A DNA stretch of 64,000 nt from the human T2T-CHM13v2.0 reference genome, Homo sapiens. Of the stretch, positions 55,824 through 64,000 are shown one piece after another (position 1 is the stretch's first letter; every line of letters begins with the position of its first letter). The DNA lies in the NCBI RefSeq assembly GCF_009914755.1, contig NC_060933.1; one strand, 5' to 3'. The notes below the pieces were generated by a model. The model had not been told where the DNA came from, did no database searches, and was given only the letters and a program-made list of their open reading frames with translations. The translations under genes and the position numbers were made by a program.

Positions 55824-56560
55824 GTGAGTCTGGGCCTCAGTCTTCCCATCTCTGAAATGGGGAAGGGGTTCCTCGGCCGAGCGGATCGGCCGCAGAACTC
55901 GGCGGAGTCGAGGGGTCCAGGCCCAGGAAGGACGCCGCCGGGGCGCCCCCCGCCCCTCAAGCTTGCGTGGCGGCAGCGCGCACGAGCGCTGGGGGCGGCG
56001 CGGCCCCGCGGCGGGGAGGGGCGGGCGCGCGGGCGCGCGGGCCCGCGCAGGCGGTGGCGGCGGCGGCGGAACCGAGCTGACGGGCGTGCGGCCGCTGCGC
56101 CGCAAACTCGTGTGGGACGCACCGCTCCAGCCGCCCGCGGGCCAGCGCACCGGTCCCCCAGCGGCAGCCGAGCCCGCCCGCGCGCCGGTGAGTCGCCTGG
56201 GGCTGGGGCCGGGCCGGTGGGGCCCCGCGGCCCGGAGAAGGGCGGGGGCCGGGCGGCGGGGCCGTCACCCCCAGCCGGGCCGAGGGCGGGCGCGCGCCCA
56301 CGGCTCCGCGGGGGAGAGCGGGAGGCGGGCGCGAGTGTGGCCGCGCGGGGCTGAGCGTGTCGGCGGCCGGGCGGGCGGGGGCGGCGTGTCCGCGTGTCCC
56401 GGGGTGTGCGCGTCCCTGGCGGGTGTGCGTGTGCACCCCGGAGCGTCTGGTGGCGTTGTTGGGGTGAGTGCGTGCGGGGACGCGGGCATGGCTCCCCGCT
56501 ACCCACTTCCCGAGTGGGGACGACGGGCGGAGGAGTGTGCCGGGCGCCGCAGGGAGTACG
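55800..56560. promoter_or_regulatory. NEK6: CpG island / TATA-less promoter of NEK6
   Basis: very high GC and CpG density, multiple GGGCGG boxes, in a CpG-depleted background. Confidence 0.92.
56040..56187 (+). other. NEK6: NEK6 main non-coding first exon (start approximate)
   Basis: 'gcggcggaaccgagctgacgggcgtgcggccgctgcgccgcaaactcgtgtgggacgc...cccgcgcgccg' recognised as NEK6 mRNA 5'UTR; strong donor CCG|GTGAGT at 56187/56188. Confidence 0.82.
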
Positions 56561-58483
56561 TGCGGGTCTCAGGGAGTGTGTGTGTGCACGTGTGTGCATT
56601 CCAAAGTGATTTGTGTGCAAGCACATGCGTGAGCCTAGAAGGGCGAAAGTATGCCTGTGTGGGTGTGAGTATAACGAGTGTGCAGGGCCGTGCGAGCGTG
56701 TTTATTACTGAGGTTGAGGGGCCGGCCCCCTTTGCGCCCACCAGGCCTTTGCACAGTGATGGCCCCCGAGCCAGGGAGCCCGTGGAGAGAGAAGCGGCCT
56801 GGCATGGGCTGGGGGTCGGGGCTGGGCCTGATCCGGTGAACCAGGGGCCAGGAGGGCAGACTCAGAGCCTGGCTGGGCCTGACAGAGGCAAAGGTCTTAG
56901 AGCCAGGCTGCGGCAGGGCCACTGGCAGGACCCTCTCTGCATACACAGGCTGGGCGAGCGGAGGCTGTGGTGGGCCCCTCGGCCGGGCACCCGAGGACGT
57001 GTGTTTTCCTAAATATCCTCCAGGCTCTCCTGTCTTTGTTCTTGTCTCTCTCCAGCCAGGCCTGGGGGGCTGACCCTAGACTTGCCTGTGTATGTGGGGG
57101 CCTCTCTGCCTGCCCTGCTAAGTAGACGGATCTTTTGATTTATTTATACCTCTCCTAGGCTCCAAGTGTGAATCCCAGGACAGTAACAAATTGATCACAG
57201 CGGGCTTGGGACACCAGCTTCCGAGGTCTGTCCTTGCAGTTTTGACTGACAGGCTTTTGTGTGTGTGCGTGCTCTCTAACTGTTGAAAATCTTTGCAGCT
57301 GAAAGTCTTAATTGCTTTAAGGCAAACTTTAGAAATTCCAGAGCTCCCTAGTTGGTCTGACTTTTCCAAATTCAGCTTGCCTTTTTTGGGGGAAAATGTC
57401 GCCTTAGTTTGGTGTACAGTACGTGCAGGCAGGTCTTGGAGGCACGTTTAAAAACCCTGTCGTTAATGGAAGAAGAATTTCATTGAAAGGGACGCAGAGC
57501 CGTCTGGAAGCGCCTGCCCCGGACTCAGCGAGTTTGGACTCAGCGAGTTTGAGCTTACCGAATGAACTTTGGACGTCTTCTTTTAGCAAACAAAACCTGG
57601 AAGGAAGCAAAAAAGACCCACATTCTTTTTCTTTTTTCTCCTGAAAATGAAAAAAAGAAAACACCTTCTGGGTTTGCTGGAAATGCCCCCTCTCCTTCCC
57701 CCATCAAGGCCAAGCCCTCGCTGCGTCCCCCACCCCCAAATAAAATATGCCTGTGGGGAGCCGTGGAATGAGTCACTCCCTGGCAGAGAGCCTGACGGGC
57801 AAACATTTGGGAAGGTTCTTGCCTAACTTCCCAGAAGAAAAGGCCCAGGATTTAAAATGGTCCCTGTGGTTTGTCAGCCTCTGCTGTCCCGTCTGCTTCG
57901 GAAATGACTAAAAAGTAGTTTGTATCTCCACAAAATAAAGTCTCAGACTGAAGGCCTTAGACCCAGGTTGGTCTGGATTTAGAGCTGTTTGGGTTTCCAG
58001 AAATGGAGCGCCTGGCTTTAACTGGTGGCATTTCTGGTGGGTTTGAACAAGGGCAGAGGAGGGAAATGGGGAGGAAGTTCCCTTTTGCGGAGCAGAAGGG
58101 GCTGTGTGCTGGGAGCCGTTCTAGGGGGTGTGAATCTCCCGTTGGTCTTCTGTGACAGAAAATGCTTTTGGTTTTGTGCACAAGGAAACTGAGGCACACG
58201 GGGGTCAAGCCTGTGTCCTGGGGCAGCTGAGAGGAGGTGGGGGCAGAATCCGAAGTCACCTGCCCAGCCTCACAGCCTTTCCTCTTTCCATTGCACTTGG
58301 GATATGGTATTTGACTGGCTAAGGTGCACAGACCTAGTGCTGAGTACTTTAGCACACATCCGTTCATTTTCTGCTCATCGTAGATAGGGTTTATTATCCC
58401 CATTTCACAAATGATAAAACTGAGGTTCAGAGACATGACTTGCATAATTTCATTAAAGTAGCACCACGATAGATGGTCCCCAT

Positions 58484-58875
<392 letters not shown>

Positions 58876-61800
58876 TAAGATGGAAGCTGTCACGATGCCC
58901 ATTTACAGATGAGGAAACTGGGGCACAGAGAGATGAGAGAATGCGCCAAAGACCATGTGCTAATACGCAGCAGAGCTGGATTTGAACCCAGGCTTGTCTG
59001 AGCAGAGCCCATGGTCTCCCCACTGTACTAGGAAGGTAGCAGGCACTGTGGGCTGGATGCCTGGCCTGTGCTGAGGTTCAGTGTCGTTTTCCTGATCTTA
59101 CAGAGAGGGAGGTTAAGTAACTTGGGCAGGGTCATAAACCCACAAATGGCAGAGTCGGGATTCGAACCCATGTCTCTGATTCCAGAGTTCCTCACCTTAA
59201 ACCACATCTGGCTGCCTTTGTCGTGCTTTGCTCCTGTTGCATGCTGCAAAGCCAAGTAGGTTAAGACAGGCTAGGTTCCTGCAGGGCTGGGTTGCCCGAG
59301 ACCTGGGAGAGGTCTTCCAGAAGGCACTGCTGGCCTTCCTCGCCCAGGGCCAGAGCTACTGGAGAGAAAGGGCTGCTGTTCACATTTTTTCTTTTCTTTA
59401 AGTGCCCCAGATACTTTTCATAAGGGAAGTGTCAAAACAATTGTCAAAAGGAGAAGAATATTTCCTTCCTCTTCTCAGGCTAGACCAAGCAAGGGAGTTG
59501 GAGGGTGGAGAGTGGAGGGACCTGGTGAATCATCCAAGATTAAATACGGGCAGGCACTGCCAGGCTTGTGTGGAGATGAGGCTGGGACACTGTTCGCAGG
59601 AAGAGTCCGGTGTTCTGGCCCCCTGATGTCACCTTCACGGGCCTGACTCACAGTCCTAAATATCTGACAGCGAGATCGCTTGTAGGTAGGCTTCTTGTCA
59701 CTTGTCATTTAAGTCCCCTGCCTGCCTTTTTTCCCTGCTCATTTCCATTTCGATCACGGCTTCTACTACATGTGCTTGAAATGAATGTTGTGTGTGAGGA
59801 CCTGTGTGGTTTGGGCCATGTTGTGCCCCCCTGCCAGTGTCCTTCGGTGTTGAAAGGAAAAGGTATTTCTCTCCCTTCCATGTATGTTCTGCAAATTGAC
59901 GAACATTTGCAAATTGCTTTGAGATGCGTTAATTTAAGGTGTGAAATAATAGATCTTGTGCGAAGGCTCAGCCACATTTCTGGCATTGATGGATTTTTCT
60001 CCCGTCTGGCCTGTGATTTGGGGAGGTAAAAATAGTCCTTTTTTCCACATTTTTATCTTTTTTTTTTTTTGCTGACATCATTCTTAGGAAGTGGTGTGCA
60101 CATGCCGTGGAACTTTACATGGAACATGGAGCTCTGGGGAGCAGGAGTGCTCTTGGAGTGAGGGGTGGTCTGCGGTGGCCCAGGCACCCCCTGGCTGTCC
60201 GTGAAATGGCTTTGAAATGAGCAGGCACTGTTGAGGGCCTCAGTGGCTTTTTGGTATTTGGCTGTCTTTTCACTTATGACTCTTGGGTAATGGCAAGATA
60301 ACTTTTGGGGAAAATGTTAGTTTAAAAAGAAAAAAAATCAGGCCAGCACTTTCACTCATTCCTGTCTGAGCTGGTCCCTTCCTTTGGCCAAAGCTGAACT
60401 AAACCAATGGCCTTCTCAGACTCGACTTCCAGACAGAGGAGCCGACATTGGGGCAAATCAGTTGGTGGTGTAATTTCCTGTGATGTTAACTTTGGGAACT
60501 TGAACTTGGAGTGGGAGCTAGCATTTTGACATGTGTCCCTCTAACAGGACTTGCTTGTGTGGAAACAGACCCCCACATACATGGCTGCGCCATTGTCTCC
60601 AATTCTGGATTTTTCCACAGATGACTTCTCGGGTGATCTGGTGGTAAAGGCACAGGTCTTCTAGCCAGGCCTTCTTGGCCTCCAGCAAGGGCAGGATCAC
60701 AGCACCCCACCAGACCTGACTGGCCACCACCGCTGTAGCTGTGGCTGGGCGAGTGGGGGGGCCATGGGAATTGAAAGATGGGGTGGCCGAGATCTGAAAT
60801 GCATTCAGTTGCAGTGGCCTGGATCTGCACGGAGCCGTTCTTTCTTTCTCTTAGACATCTGCATGGTGGTGACCTCATAGAATTCTAAGAAAAAAGGGGC
60901 TTTATGTAGGAATTCCATAGAGTGTGAAGGAATTTGGACAGGGGAAGGGGGAGGGAAGTTGCCATTCAGAGCCTGCAGTGCCTGCATTTTCCCCGAATTG
61001 TTTAACCCTCATGCTTCAGAATTAGGCTGAGGCTTGCGGGGTGGGTCATGTTGACCTGGGTGAACAGAGATCCCTTTAAGAAGAACTTCTCCATGTTCCA
61101 GAGGCGCGTTCTTACTGCAGGTGAGTGGCAGTATGGGAATTAGTCCACAGGCCCCTTCTCGAATGCCTGCCCTCTCTTGTTCCTTGTCCTCAACGTCTTT
61201 GAAACTTGGGCTTGTTGGGAAGACACCTGCAAAAGGATGGATGCACATGACCTTCAGCTCTAATGAATCAAGCTGCTGATGAGGAATTCACTGGGCTCCC
61301 AATCCAGAGAGCTTCGCACACACCCACTGGGGTTGAGACGAGCACTGGGTTTATTTATTGTGGACTTTTGGAGTCTGAAGGACTCTTGCCACCCATCTGT
61401 TTCACGGAACAGAACCTGAGGCTCAGAGGGAGCAAGGCGCTCCCCCACAGCCGCATTGAGAGCCTGAGCCTGGGCACCCGATGGAGTGAATGAGGCTGGA
61501 GTCCCAGACCTGCCTCTCATGAGCACGTCGCCCACTGAGCCTCAGCGTCATCATCTGGAAAACAGGGATAATATTATGACCTCAGAAGCTTCGGGGGAGG
61601 AAGTAAGTGAAATAATGCATTTCAGATGCTCAGCGCCTTTTAAGTGCTTGATGCTCATTCCCCAAGATTACATGAGAGACATGGAAAATCTTTAATGACC
61701 AAGGACCCACCCAGGGTCACTCAGCCGGGACCCTTGGTCCGTGGCCCAGAGTGTCTCCAGTGCCCCTGCATTGAGGCCCTAAACAAGGCCAGAAGCAGGT

Positions 61801-62629
61801 GCCGGGGACCCCTCTGGATTCCACCAGAGCACCTTCCTAGGATCATGGCTCCCAAAACGGAAGGGAAGGAGACAGCGCAGTTTGCAAAGAGGCAGGATTT
61901 AAGCACCAGGGTGGCCCTGTGGCGCCTCAGGAAAATGTTTGCCTGTCAGTATCTGCTCTCGTTCCCACCTGTCCCCACAAAGCGAGGCCATAAGTCCTCG
62001 GCGTGGCATTGGAGGGTCTCTGAAGGCCCTGAGAGCTGTGTCAGCCACGGTGTGTTATGAAGCAAGGCAGATGTTTTGTTAATTATTTACACAGCGTCGG
62101 CCCCGCAGAGGACTGCGCTGACAGGAGCGGCTGTCACAGGCCTGGCCGTGGGGCAGAAGTGAGCAGCCGTCTTCCCCTGGCAGTCCTCCTGAAAAGGTCT
62201 GCATGGCAAGGCCTGAGGGAGTCCTGCACATTTTATGCCCCCGCCCCCCAAAGCCATTTGGGTTTCCCTTAAACTGGCTTGTTTTCCTGAGCCGGTGGAG
62301 AGATCCTTGTCCTCCGGAAGTGGCTATCGCTCTGGGGCGGCTTCTCTGCCAGCTCGTCACACCCTAGACCCAGCTGTAGTCTGTGTGGTGGGAGAGGGTG
62401 TCACCAGGCTCTGGAGGTCCACTCCTCTGTAGTCACCTCATGCAAGGAGGGCTTCACAGGGGCCCAGCCTCTACTCCCTCATCCGGAAAACGGGCCAGTA
62501 ACACCAGGCACCAGCCCCGTGATCCTCAGGCACCCTTGGGGGTGATCTGCCTTAGAAATTCAACTTTAGGATTAGAATTCTGCTAAGAGGTACCATGTGA
62601 CAAAAAAGGTAGTGTAAAAATCACAAAGA

Positions 62630-62940
62630 CCAGGACAGGCTCATGCCTATAATCCCAGCACTTTGAGAGGCCGAGGCGGGCAGATCACTTGAGGTCAGGA
62701 GTTTGAGACCAGCCCAGCCAACATGGCAAAACCCCATCGCTACTAAAAATACGAAAAATTAGCTGGGCGTGGTGGTGGACACCTTTAATCCCAGCTACTC
62801 GGGAGCCTGAGGAGCCTGAGGCGTGAGAATCACTTGAACCTGGGAGACAGAGGCTGCAGTGAGCTGAGATTGTGCCACTGCACTCCAGCCTAGGCAACAG
62901 AGCGAGACTCTGTATCAAAAAAAAAAAAAAAAAAAAAAAA
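62630..62940 (+). mobile_element. AluS
   Basis: Alu consensus, poly(A). Confidence 0.9.
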
Positions 62941-63084
62941 AGAGTTCTGCAAAGAATGGCACCTGGCATCAGAGCTTTCCCTGAAAGGCCACTAAGGATG
63001 AGGAACGTGAGCTCCGGGGAGGCGAAGGGGGCAAAGCCACCTGCCTGTTGCCTGTTTTACATAAGGAGGTTTTGCATAGGAGTC

Positions 63085-63340
63085 ATTTTAAGATACATGA
63101 AGTAGCCAGAATAGATAAATCCACATAGACCTAAAGCAGATTGGTGGTTTCCAGGGCCTTTGGGGAGGGGAGACTGGGGAGCGACTGATTAAGGGACATG
63201 GGTTTTTATTGGGGTGACGCAGACGTTTTGGAACCGGATGAAGGTGGTGGTTGCACAACATTGTGATTGTAATACATCCCATCCAGCGGTTTGCTTTAAA
63301 GTGGTTAAATATATCTGAGAAAAATGTTAAACATAAAAGT
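63085..63340 (+). mobile_element. L1MB-type 3' fragment
   Basis: 'ccagaatagataaatccacatagac...agcagattggtggtttccaggg...gtggtggttgcacaacattgtga'. Confidence 0.7.
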
Positions 63341-63343
63341 TTT

Positions 63344-63763
<420 letters not shown>

Positions 63764-64000
63764 TCACTGTCCCAGCTTTCAGGTCAAGGCTCTGGTTGTG
63801 ACACCTGGGCCTGGACTGCGGGTGAAAAGTTTTGATGCAAAAACACAGACCGTCCATTGTCCTATGGGCTAAGTGGACTCCCTTCTGCTAACCAGAGATG
63901 CTTGTGCTGGCTGGTGTGTGGCACGTTATCTCATTCTTTCATGACGTATGTCCGGATGGAAGTCCTGGGTCAGGCATTGTGCTGGGAGCCCACACGAAGA

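Noticed and set aside
55784-57012. Long Arg/Pro/Gly/Ala-rich ORFs (349 aa +, 280 aa -) over the CpG island
   Set aside because: Stop-codon scarcity in extreme-GC DNA; overlapping ORFs on both strands, no domain-like content

Overview
Primate (almost certainly human) genomic DNA, very Alu-rich, with no complete protein-coding gene. About the first 55 kb is repeat-dense intergenic sequence: roughly 55 Alus, MIR/L2 relics, ERVL/MaLR LTRs, hAT MER elements and a fragmented old L1 at about 30.2-35.8 kb. A CpG island at about 55.8-56.6 kb holds first exons that I recognise from memory as NEK6 (+ strand, 9q33.3, downstream of LHX2); the rest of the window is its first intron. I see no novel gene system. 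The most interesting signals are structural. (1) A 523-bp inverted duplication about 3.6 kb upstream of NEK6 has a 99.3%-identical core but ~81%-identical edges, which suggests gene conversion or recurrent inversion of a 2.15-kb spacer. (2) An L1 3' transduction is complete with poly(A) signal and target-site duplication (TSD). (3) An old local duplication has apparently independent AluS and AluY insertions at the same paralogous site in its two copies. (4) There is a second, small inverted templated duplication. Repeat family calls and boundaries are by eye and approximate; gene identity is from recall, not a database search.
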